Assembly (NCBI GenBank): GCA_018396405.1
Contig: JAGTQD010000003.1
Location: 61-64,060, forward strand
DNA length: 64,000 nucleotides
Direction: 5' to 3'
Origin: Candidatus Bathyarchaeota archaeon
Lineage (GTDB): Archaea; Thermoproteota; Bathyarchaeia; Bathyarchaeales; DTEX01
Every line of letters begins with the position of its first letter. Positions within the stretch are counted from its first letter, which is position 1. The notes beneath the pieces were generated by a model, which worked only from the letters and a program-made list of their open reading frames with translations, was not told the origin of the DNA and searched no databases. The position numbers and the translations under genes were made by a program. Of the stretch, positions 16,262-24,265 are shown in pieces.

Positions 16262-17269
16262 TTAAAGTTCCTCTGACCTAATGCCGGACCAATGCGACAA
16301 TTTATACAGCGTGATCCTCAAAACCCCATTCTTGTATTCTTGGTCGATGATCTTTGGTATAACTGGAACTGGAAGGTTGATATGCCCAAAATATTTTATG
16401 CTTCCGTGCTCAGCCTCTATTATAACATCCCACTCGGAAACCCTAATTCTTATATCGCCCTCCTCAACGCCCGGCATATAGGCCATAACAAAGACCCTGT
16501 CAGCCTCAATGAACATGTCTGCTAGGGGCGGTCTAACCCAAGGCGCTACAAGAGGCTTATAAACTCTTTCCTTGCCAGCTTTTTCACTCCTGTGTTTGAC
16601 TTTGAGGATGCTGGCGACCCCCATACCAAATACGAAGCCGCCTATATGCGCCCAGAAGGCTACTCCTGACGATATGCCCGTTAGGGATACTACGCCCATC
16701 ATCAGTTGATAGATAAACCAGAAGCCAAGGTAATAATATGCTGGCACTCTCACAACAGTGATTATAAAAAAATAGAATATCAGCGTTCTTATTCTAGCAT
16801 TTGAGTATATGAGCATATAGGCGCCTAAAACAGCTGAGATTGCACCAGACGCTCCAACGGCGGGGGTCATAAGCTCTGATATTACATATGGAATAGGCCT
16901 TATATGTAATGACAAAAGTGTTGAAAAGATATGGATGAAGCTCGCGAAGAGACCTCCGAGTATATAGAAGAGCACATATTTAATGTGTCCAAGAGCATCC
17001 TCAATATTGTCCCCAAAAATCCATAAATAAATCATATTGCCCAAAAGGTGCAGTATGTCCGCATGTATAAACATGCTTGTGAATAAAGTTTGTAATCTCT
17101 TTCCGCTCAGGATATATGCGGGTATAACGCCGTATTCCTCTACAGCCCGGTCGAGAGCATACCATCCCTGAAAAAGGAAAAAGAAAAAGATTATGATATT
17201 GATTATTATTAACGCATAATTTATATATGGTGTTTTTGTAGGCTTGTTTTCATCGCCTATAGGTAGCAT
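16262..17269 (-). CDS. Rhomboid intramembrane serine protease fused to a C-terminal alpha-crystallin (Hsp20-like) domain
   Basis: Six predicted TM segments with rhomboid catalytic motifs (GASGAISAVLGAY and WAHIGGFVFG; HxxxN-like HLLGN). The C-terminal ~90 aa (ADMFIEADRVFVMAYMPGVEEGDIRIRVSEWDVIIEAEH...INLPVPV...EYKNGVLRITLYK) match the sHSP/ACD pattern. Confidence 0.8.
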   Translation of the reverse strand: MLPIGDENKPTKTPYINYALIIINIIIFFFFLFQGWYALDRAVEEYGVIPAYILSGKRLQTLFTSMFIHADILHLLGNMIYLWIFGDNIEDALGHIKYVLFYILGGLFASFIHIFSTLLSLHIRPIPYVISELMTPAVGASGAISAVLGAYMLIYSNARIRTLIFYFFIITVVRVPAYYYLGFWFIYQLMMGVVSLTGISSGVAFWAHIGGFVFGMGVASILKVKHRSEKAGKERVYKPLVAPWVRPPLADMFIEADRVFVMAYMPGVEEGDIRIRVSEWDVIIEAEHGSIKYFGHINLPVPVIPKIIDQEYKNGVLRITLYKLSHWSGIRSEEL

Positions 17270-18399
17270 TAATGCTCCTTCTCTCTTAATGATCTATATA
17301 ATAAAGAGATCTTCTCAACAGTCTTTTTATAGATTTTTATGCTGGTCAGATATTCCCAGATGCTTATAGATTCATTATATGTATGACTCAATCTTGATTC
17401 GCCTGGGCCATACGTTGCCACAGGAACCTTTAGGCGTAACCCAAAAATGTTCATGTCACCAGTCCCTGTTTTTCGAACAAGCTTCGCCTCCTTCCCAGTC
17501 TCCTCAAGAACAGCCTCCCTTAAAGACTTAATGACAATATTCTCTCTATCAGCTACGTATGGCTCAACTATGCTAGTAGCTTTAAAGTTGATCTCACATC
17601 CGCTCTCTTCAATAAACTCTTTGATGAGTCCGCCGATTATCTCGATGGCTCTTTTCGACGGTATCGTTGGGGGTAGTCTCAGATCGACGCCCAGAGAGCA
17701 CACGTCAGGAATACTGTTTGTTGTGCCTCGGCCATATATCTTTGCTATTGTTGGCGTTAATGAATAAAAGATACCTTGCGGAGACTTATACTTTTCTTCA
17801 CAAACTCTCTTGAATCTAAGCCAGAACTTGATACATTCTTCAATAGCATTGGGTAAGAGATGCTGGGCGCCTAAATGTCCAGTAGGTGTCTTAAATACGA
17901 CTTTAAGTTTAAGGTGACCTTTATAGGCGAAAGTTATATTATTTATGCCACTGGGCTCACCAAATACTGCACAGTTAATATTAATATTCTCTCTTAAAAG
18001 AGCCCTTATCCCTCGCCCACCCTTCTCTTCATCTACAAGCCCAGCGACGATCACTTTTCCCTCTAGGTTACTTAATTTGAGGAGAGCTGCAGCATTTATC
18101 ATTGCTGCCAGAGATGATTTAGCGTCAACAGCCCCTCTTCCATATATTCTTTCACCCTCAATCCTCACCGGTATTCTGCCCGGAACGGTATCCATGTGCC
18201 CGCACAACAGGATTACGGGGCTGCCTGAGCCAATCTCGCCATAAACGTTTCCGACATTATTCCTCCAGACCCTCTCGAACCCGATTCTCCTCATTTCATC
18301 TAAAAGAAAGAGAGAGATCTCCTCTTCAGCACCACTTGGACTATAAATTTCAAGCATAGCCTTTAAGATATTCACCGCGTAATTTGAATCTATATTCAC
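17269..18399 (-). CDS. lysK: [LysW]-lysine/ornithine hydrolase (M20 peptidase, ArgE/LysK)
   Basis: M20 motifs LLCGHMDTVPG, RGAVDAKSSLAAM and DEEKGGRG. Last biosynthetic gene of the lysW cluster. Confidence 0.8.
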   Translation of the reverse strand: MNIDSNYAVNILKAMLEIYSPSGAEEEISLFLLDEMRRIGFERVWRNNVGNVYGEIGSGSPVILLCGHMDTVPGRIPVRIEGERIYGRGAVDAKSSLAAMINAAALLKLSNLEGKVIVAGLVDEEKGGRGIRALLRENININCAVFGEPSGINNITFAYKGHLKLKVVFKTPTGHLGAQHLLPNAIEECIKFWLRFKRVCEEKYKSPQGIFYSLTPTIAKIYGRGTTNSIPDVCSLGVDLRLPPTIPSKRAIEIIGGLIKEFIEESGCEINFKATSIVEPYVADRENIVIKSLREAVLEETGKEAKLVRKTGTGDMNIFGLRLKVPVATYGPGESRLSHTYNESISIWEYLTSIKIYKKTVEKISLLYRSLREKEH

Positions 18400-18400
18400 C

Positions 18401-19618
18401 TTATCGACACCCGCTATTGCTAATGAGTAGTTTCTTCTTCTCCTCCAGAAGGACTTCCCTAAGAACTTGGATAACCCTTTCTATCTGCTCCAGCTCTATG
18501 ACTAGTGGTGGAAGGAACCTAATCACGTTTCTTCCAGAATAGAGCAGTATCACCCCTTTCCCAAGGGCCTTCATCAGAATGTCATATATGTCCACTCTAG
18601 TCTCAAGCCCAAGCATTAAACCTAACCCCCTAACCTCCCTAAGAATTCTTGATTCCTCAACCAATCTCTGGAGCATAGTTTTAAATTTATTTCCTAGGTT
18701 CCATGCCCGCTCAACCAACCTCTCTTCAATTATAACGTCTATTACCGCGGATGCCGCCGCGCATGCAAGCGGGTTTCCTCCAAAGGTGCTCGTATGCTCA
18801 CCAACCTTAAGCACATTCATAACATCTTCTCTCGCCAAGGTTGCCCCTATTGGTAGACCGCCGCCCATAGCCTTTCCAATACACATTATATCTGGCGTAA
18901 CACCCCAGTGTTCTGAAGCCCACATTTTACCCGTTCGTCCAAACCCTGTTTGAACCTCATCAAATATCAACACAATATTTTTTTCATCGCAGATTTTTCT
19001 TAGGCCCTCTAAGAACCCATTGGGCGCAACATAGACTCCGCCTTCCCCCTGAATGGGTTCAACTATTATCGCGGCGACATTTTCCGTAAGGGCTTCCTCA
19101 ACTTTATCTAGCCTTCCAAAGGGCACAAACTTGAAGTTTGGATTCAAGAGGCTCTTAAATGGATCACGATATTTTTGGCTCCAGGTGGCCGATAACGCAC
19201 CAATAGTCTTCCCATGAAAGCCTCTAACCATGCTTATTATCTCGCTCTTGCCAGTATACTTCACGGCGACCTTTATCGCACACTCAACAGCCTCTGCGCC
19301 ACTATTACACAGAAAAACTTTGCTTAGGCCCCTAGGTGCAATCTCCACGAGTTTCTCTAGAAGCTCCGCCCTCTTATCATTATATAATGAGCCATGGCAG
19401 GCTATAAGTCTCTCACATTGCTCTTTTATTGCGGATACAATCTTTGGGTGGCAGTGCCCAACAAGGCTTACACCATAACCACCCATACAATCAATGTATT
19501 CTCTGCCATCTATGTCATATAAGATGGCACCACTTCCCCTAACAATGCAGACTGGATACTTCTGATATACATTTGCGAGAAAGAGGTTTTCAGCGGCTAT
19601 TATCTCATCCTTATTCAG
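18401..19618 (-). CDS. lysJ: [LysW]-aminoadipate semialdehyde / acetylornithine aminotransferase (class III PLP)
   Basis: Class III aminotransferase (GHCHP, FDEVQTGFGRTG, STFGGNP). Conserved residues (VYQKYPVCIVRGSGAILYDIDGREYIDC) lie upstream of the first ATG at 19486. The frame is open only from 19621 and contains no ATG/GTG/TTG there. I propose CTG 19618, preceded by GGTGAT with a 5-nt spacer. The start is uncertain. Confidence 0.8.
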   Translation of the reverse strand: MNKDEIIAAENLFLANVYQKYPVCIVRGSGAILYDIDGREYIDCMGGYGVSLVGHCHPKIVSAIKEQCERLIACHGSLYNDKRAELLEKLVEIAPRGLSKVFLCNSGAEAVECAIKVAVKYTGKSEIISMVRGFHGKTIGALSATWSQKYRDPFKSLLNPNFKFVPFGRLDKVEEALTENVAAIIVEPIQGEGGVYVAPNGFLEGLRKICDEKNIVLIFDEVQTGFGRTGKMWASEHWGVTPDIMCIGKAMGGGLPIGATLAREDVMNVLKVGEHTSTFGGNPLACAAASAVIDVIIEERLVERAWNLGNKFKTMLQRLVEESRILREVRGLGLMLGLETRVDIYDILMKALGKGVILLYSGRNVIRFLPPLVIELEQIERVIQVLREVLLEEKKKLLISNSGCR

Positions 19619-20423
19619 CTGTTATCACCGTGCCATTCAATCCACTTAATGCACTTGTTATCGGATCCTCTCTCAAGCCGCAGGCTATAATGGCTTCCTT
19701 TACTCCCGCCTCTATGGCTTCCATGGAGGCGATAACCTTCATATTCATGCCCGGACCTATCTTTGGCAGGAGATCCTTTGCTTCACTAAGAGTTATCTTC
19801 CTCAAATATTCCTCACCAATCTTTATTCCCGGAACATCCGTCAAAAAGATTAGTTTTTCAGCCTTTAGCGCACCAGCTATTTGTCCAGCAGCCCTATCGC
19901 TGTCAACATTTAGGAGCTCGTTCTCTGAGCCGATTGCTACTGGTGATATAACTGGGACATAGCCGCCTTCTAGGAGAGTCTCAATTAGCCTCGGATTAAC
20001 ACTTGATATTTTTCCAGTGAAGCCTCCATCAATTATCCTCTTTCTACCCCTCTCATCCACAATAACTATCTTCTTTTTCCTATCAGCCACGAGAAGGGAA
20101 CCATCAATGCCAGATAGGCCTACAGCTGGTATGCCAGCAGCTAAAAGCCACCTAATAATAGCCTTATTTATTCTCCCAGCCATAACCATTGTGTATATCT
20201 CAACGGTCTCCTCATCAGTATAGCGGCTCCTTATACCATCAGGCGAGATAACGAAAATCTGCTTTTTCCCGAGCTTCTCAGCTATCTCTGTAACCTCATC
20301 CCCGCCACCATGAACAATAACTATCTTCCCGCCCCTAGCATCGATTACCCTTTTTATATCATTAGCTAGATTCTCGCTTAATCCTTTCTTAAAGATGTCC
20401 CCACCAACCTTTAGGACAATCAT
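19611..20423 (-). CDS. lysZ: [LysW]-aminoadipate kinase / acetylglutamate kinase
   Basis: Amino-acid kinase fold: MIVLKVGG...VIVHGGG...NVDSDRAAG. I start it at ATG 20423; the track's TTG at 20459 is possible. Confidence 0.85.
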   Translation of the reverse strand: MIVLKVGGDIFKKGLSENLANDIKRVIDARGGKIVIVHGGGDEVTEIAEKLGKKQIFVISPDGIRSRYTDEETVEIYTMVMAGRINKAIIRWLLAAGIPAVGLSGIDGSLLVADRKKKIVIVDERGRKRIIDGGFTGKISSVNPRLIETLLEGGYVPVISPVAIGSENELLNVDSDRAAGQIAGALKAEKLIFLTDVPGIKIGEEYLRKITLSEAKDLLPKIGPGMNMKVIASMEAIEAGVKEAIIACGLREDPITSALSGLNGTVITAE

Positions 20424-20460
20424 TTCAATAAGCACCCAGAATATCGTGCTTTTAAACAAG

Positions 20461-21513
20461 TCAGATTGGATGTGGCGTTAAGTAACGTAAACCCTCTCTT
20501 TCATCCCAGTTACACATAATATTCATATCCTGAACAGCCGTTCCAGCTGCGCCCTTCATTAAATTATCTATGGCTGAAAGGATAACGAGCCTGCCTGCAT
20601 GCTCATCTAGCTCAAACCCTATATCACAATAGTTTGAGCCGACAACAATCTTTGGATCTGGATATTTATATAGGCCCTTTACATCCCTAACAAACCTGAT
20701 GAAGGGCTCGCCTGAATAGAGCTCCCTATATATGCGCCAGACCTCGGCAGACGTTACCGGCTCATTAAGAAAGGTATGACAAGTTGATAGTATCCCCCTA
20801 ACCATGTTCACGGCGTGGGCAGACATTGAAATTACAACTCTCCTATTACATAGCAGGCTGAGCTCCTGCTCTATCTCAGCCGTATGCCTATGCCCAATAG
20901 GCTTATATGGCCTAACGATGCTATAGTGCTCGGCATGATGAGTCGATATAGACGGTTTTACACCAGCCCCAGACGAGCCAACCTTAAAGTCTATAACAAT
21001 TTTATCTACATCAATTTTGCCCGACTTAACTATCGGAGCTAAAGCCAATATGCCAGCAGCAGCCATACAACCAGGAACAGCGACCAGCTGCGCCTTTTTA
21101 ATTTCCTCTCTGTGGAGTTCAGGTAGACCATAAACGGATTTCTCTAAAGTCTCTGGACTGTTATGGCTCCAACCATACCATTTTTCATAATCCTTCGGAT
21201 TCTTGAGCCTAAAGTCCGCGCTTAAATCAATTATCTTTATGCCAGTCTCCAAGAGACTTGGTATAAATTTTGATGACACTCCATGCGGAGTTGCCACAAA
21301 TAAAATGTCGCATAGACTTGATACTTTCTCAGGATCGGACTTAATGAACCTTAATGTTGTCTGCCCTCTAAGGTTTGGGTGCACGCGGTAAATATACTCG
21401 CCCGCATAAGTATTTGATGTAGCCGCTGTAACCTCAACTTTTGGGTGGGAGAGGAGTAGGCGCAGGAGCTCGCCGCCAACATATCCAGAGGCCCCAAAGA
21501 CCCCAACCCTCAC
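20461..21513 (-). CDS. lysY: [LysW]-aminoadipyl-phosphate reductase / N-acetyl-gamma-glutamyl-phosphate reductase
   Basis: ArgC family: VGVFGASGYVGGELLRLL NAD fold and the active-site PGCMAAA context. Confidence 0.85.
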   Translation of the reverse strand: MRVGVFGASGYVGGELLRLLLSHPKVEVTAATSNTYAGEYIYRVHPNLRGQTTLRFIKSDPEKVSSLCDILFVATPHGVSSKFIPSLLETGIKIIDLSADFRLKNPKDYEKWYGWSHNSPETLEKSVYGLPELHREEIKKAQLVAVPGCMAAAGILALAPIVKSGKIDVDKIVIDFKVGSSGAGVKPSISTHHAEHYSIVRPYKPIGHRHTAEIEQELSLLCNRRVVISMSAHAVNMVRGILSTCHTFLNEPVTSAEVWRIYRELYSGEPFIRFVRDVKGLYKYPDPKIVVGSNYCDIGFELDEHAGRLVILSAIDNLMKGAAGTAVQDMNIMCNWDEREGLRYLTPHPI

Positions 21514-22373
21514 TTCTTCATCACCTTGATAGCATATCTAATTATCTTTTCAGAAATATTGACGCCAGTAGCTGCATAAAGACCCTTAAACTCAGGGGTG
21601 CTATTAATCTCATGCACAACCAGCCCCTCGGGCGACTCCATACAGTCTATTGCTAACACCCCACTGCCAACAGCCTCTGAGGATTTAAGAGCTAAGTCGA
21701 TAAGCTCGTCGGTGAGCGGGCATGGCTCGGTTCTCGCCCCACGGGCAACATTAGTTCTCCAATCACCATTAGTCGAATAACGATATGCAGCCGCAACAAC
21801 CTCATCACCAACCGTTAGGACACGTATATCCCTTGGGGGTCTCTTAACATACTCCTGAAGATAATAGATCTGTAGTAGCGCGTCATGCATCTCTTCACGG
21901 GCTTCCAGAAGCGCTTGGGCCATATCCCTATCCTTGAGGAGCGCTATTAATCGGCCCCAGCTTCCAACAACTGGCTTTAGGACGGCTGGATAGCCCAATG
22001 AATCCAATGCTTTCAGAGCACCTTCATCCGTGAAGGCTACGAGGGTCTTTGGAACAGGCACCTTAGCTTTTATAAGCGCTAGTGTTGTAAATAACTTGTT
22101 TCCGCAGATTAGGGATACATAAAATGGGTTGATAACATGGATTCCGGCATTCTCTAGGAAAGCTGTTATATGTAGCCCCCTAAAGTAGCTTATGCAGCGC
22201 TGGAGAACAAGGTCTCCAAACTCATTTATAACCTTATCATGGTTGTTAAGGACGTCTACGTAGATATCTTTTAGGTCGATCACCTTTATATCTAGCCCCA
22301 TGTTTCTCGAAGCATTTATTAGCACCTTCTCCTCCCATCTAATTCTATCGTAGATTAGACTTACCCCGCTCAT
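21510..22373 (-). CDS. lysX: RimK-type ATP-grasp ligase, alpha-aminoadipate--LysW ligase
   Basis: 287-aa ATP-grasp (VLKPVVGSWGR..., EINSTPEF). It abuts lysW and overlaps lysY by 4 nt. Confidence 0.85.
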   Translation of the reverse strand: MSGVSLIYDRIRWEEKVLINASRNMGLDIKVIDLKDIYVDVLNNHDKVINEFGDLVLQRCISYFRGLHITAFLENAGIHVINPFYVSLICGNKLFTTLALIKAKVPVPKTLVAFTDEGALKALDSLGYPAVLKPVVGSWGRLIALLKDRDMAQALLEAREEMHDALLQIYYLQEYVKRPPRDIRVLTVGDEVVAAAYRYSTNGDWRTNVARGARTEPCPLTDELIDLALKSSEAVGSGVLAIDCMESPEGLVVHEINSTPEFKGLYAATGVNISEKIIRYAIKVMKK

Positions 22374-22562
22374 TTATTCGCCCCAATCCTCACCCTCAAT
22401 CTCAGCTGGCTCTAGGCATAATACTCCATTTTCATCAAATCTAACTTCTAGGTCTAGGCCGCAGTCTGGGCAACTGATTATCTCTCCATCAAGGGCATCG
22501 TCTGGGACATTTATCTCCGCATCACATTCAGGACATTTTGCCTTGAAGGCTACCGCCCCCAT
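22374..22562 (-). CDS. lysW: Amino-group carrier protein LysW
   Basis: Zinc ribbon CPECDAEI...CPDCG and the acidic C-terminus EIEGEDWGE typical of LysW. I start it at ATG 22562 (62 aa), because a TATA-like element lies 30 nt upstream. The track's 81-aa version adds a non-conserved N-terminus. Confidence 0.85.
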   Translation of the reverse strand: MGAVAFKAKCPECDAEINVPDDALDGEIISCPDCGLDLEVRFDENGVLCLEPAEIEGEDWGE

Positions 22563-22592
22563 TTTCACGCTTATAGGAGAAACACATTTTTC

Positions 22593-22600
22593 TTTATAAA
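22593..22600 (-). promoter_or_regulatory. Candidate TATA box of the lysW operon (leaderless)
   Basis: tttataaa on the minus strand. Its proximal edge is 30 nt upstream of ATG 22562, and no SD lies between them. Confidence 0.4.
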
Positions 22601-22664
22601 CCTTTCGGTTATATTTCAAAAATCTTTAATAATAACCAAATAAAGTATTTTTTCATGAACATAG

Positions 22665-22672
22665 TTTATATG
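22665..22672 (+). promoter_or_regulatory. Candidate TATA box of the divergent Lrp-family gene
   Basis: tttatatg lies 33 nt upstream of ATG 22706. Confidence 0.35.
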
Positions 22673-22705
22673 TTTAGTTAAGAATTTTCATTTAAGGGAA
22701 GTTCC

Positions 22706-23158
22706 ATGGGAACGGAAATAGATGATATTGATAAGGAGATAATTAGAATGCTGCAGGACGATGCTAGAATATCACTTAGAAGAATAGCTGAGAAGCTGAA
22801 TGTTAGTGAAACGACAATCTTTATTAGAATTAAGAAGCTTCTTGAGAAGAATATTATAAAGAGGTTTACGGCGATAGTTTCACCTGAAGCCTTAGGTAAA
22901 AAGATAACGGCTTTCATACTAATAAACGCTGATCCAAAGAAGATCCAAAATGTTCTAAATACCTTAAGTAAAATGGATGATGTTTATGAAGTTTATGACG
23001 TGACTGGCTCATACTACGCCATAGTTAAGGTTAGAACAGAGGATCAGAATAAGCTGGCGAAGATAATCGATGAGATAGGTCTGATCGACGGGGTCATAAG
23101 CACCGAAACAGCCCTCGTCTTAAGAAGCATAAAGGAAGAAAATCGAATAAAAATTTAA
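22706..23158 (+). CDS. Lrp/AsnC-family transcriptional regulator (LysM-like by position)
   Basis: HTH region IDKEIIRMLQDDARISLRRIAEKLNVSETTIFIRIKKL plus a C-terminal RAM/ACT-like domain. It is divergent from the lysW operon. Confidence 0.85.
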   Translation: MGTEIDDIDKEIIRMLQDDARISLRRIAEKLNVSETTIFIRIKKLLEKNIIKRFTAIVSPEALGKKITAFILINADPKKIQNVLNTLSKMDDVYEVYDVTGSYYAIVKVRTEDQNKLAKIIDEIGLIDGVISTETALVLRSIKEENRIKI

Positions 23159-23248
23159 GGAATTAAGATTCACTCTAAAAGCTCTAGGCTCTAAAATCTT
23201 AAATAGATGCTCCAGTATCATATGTTAAAGACTCAAAGGTGAAAATAT

Positions 23249-23833
23249 ATTAGACGCGTAATAGTTATCACCGGAACACCCGGTGTTGGGAAATCCTCTA
23301 TCTCAAAAATACTCTCTTCAAAGACAAATTCTATCCTAATATCTTTAAGCGAACTCGTTAAAAAAGAGAATCTTTATGTCGAGGTAGATGAGGAAAGAGA
23401 TACCCTAGTAGTTGATTTAGATAGGGTTTCTAGGAGGATTCAGGAAATAATTTCTAGTTCCGACCGCGATGTTATTATTGAGGGGCACTTCGCCCCAGAT
23501 GTCGTTCCATCGGAAAGCGTTACAATGGTGTTTGTTTTAAGGAGAAGTCCTGAGGAACTTAAGTGTATCTTGGAGGATAGGCATTATAGCGAGAAGAAGA
23601 TTTCTGAGAACCTTGCAGCCGAGATTCTGGATGTCTGCCTCTATGATGCTATAGATAAGTTTGGCATTGAGAAGATACATGAAGTAGACGCAACCTCAAG
23701 AGACGCTAAGGACATTGTCCAAGAAATTCTGGAGGTTTTGGGTGGATTGAGGGAGCGTAAGGTTGGAATTGTGGATTGGCTTGGAAAACTAGAGATGGAG
23801 AATAAGCTCGAAGAGTATTTAAGGGAGTTTTAA
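23249..23833 (+). CDS. Adenylate kinase isoenzyme 6 / Fap7-type NTPase
   Basis: My translation upstream of the track ORF (23525) gives RRVIVITGTPGVGKSSISKIL...VVDLDRV...VIIEGHF...MVFVLRRSPEEL, which resembles AK6/Fap7 along its whole length. The frame is open from 23243 with no ATG/GTG/TTG before the P-loop. I propose ATT 23249, preceded by GGTGA with a 6-nt spacer. The start is uncertain. Confidence 0.7.
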   Translation: MRRVIVITGTPGVGKSSISKILSSKTNSILISLSELVKKENLYVEVDEERDTLVVDLDRVSRRIQEIISSSDRDVIIEGHFAPDVVPSESVTMVFVLRRSPEELKCILEDRHYSEKKISENLAAEILDVCLYDAIDKFGIEKIHEVDATSRDAKDIVQEILEVLGGLRERKVGIVDWLGKLEMENKLEEYLREF

Positions 23834-23869
23834 ATTGAGTTGAAGCCCCCTTGAATTTTAAATTAAAGT

Positions 23870-24229
23870 CTAGAATGCTTTTAGGCCTCTTATGAGATCC
23901 AACCTTGTTAGCAGTCGTATTCCCTTACGATTAGCGTATGCCTTTGCATGCTCGCTGAACTTTTCAGCTATTATGATTGGGGTTGTGAAACCCATGTTTT
24001 GAGCCAGCTTATCTACATTTATTATCACGTTGACCCCAACTGTTCTATTCCATTCCTTGATCCAGACGGGATAGATTTCGTTACCCCTCTTCACTATGAG
24101 GTCAACTTTTTTATCTGAGAATTGCTCCTCGTTTGAGTCTTTCATCTGATTCTTATTTATAACGTATCCCCTTTTCATGAAATATTGCGTAGCAAGCTTC
24201 AGTAATGGCTCTCGGCTCATCTTTTCCAC
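23870..24229 (-). CDS. Hypothetical protein, possibly a PD-(D/E)xK restriction-endonuclease-like fold
   Basis: 119 aa. KVDLIVKRGNEIYPVWIKEW is weakly reminiscent of Mrr-cat/NucS-type cores. I have no firm family call. Confidence 0.3.
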   Translation of the reverse strand: MEKMSREPLLKLATQYFMKRGYVINKNQMKDSNEEQFSDKKVDLIVKRGNEIYPVWIKEWNRTVGVNVIINVDKLAQNMGFTTPIIIAEKFSEHAKAYANRKGIRLLTRLDLIRGLKAF

Positions 24230-24265
24230 AAGAAAAGATGGTTATTGAAGAGAAGAAAAGCTTTT

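Noticed and set aside
22563-22619. Longer N-terminal extensions offered by the ORF track (lysW 81 aa, macro 214 aa at 52452-52556, DRTGG protein from 47390, hdrB from 3910, lysZ from 20459)
   Set aside because: The extensions add non-conserved residues. They overlap upstream genes or sit on TATA-like elements. Downstream ATG/TTG codons with SD or leaderless-promoter spacing give N-termini matching the families.
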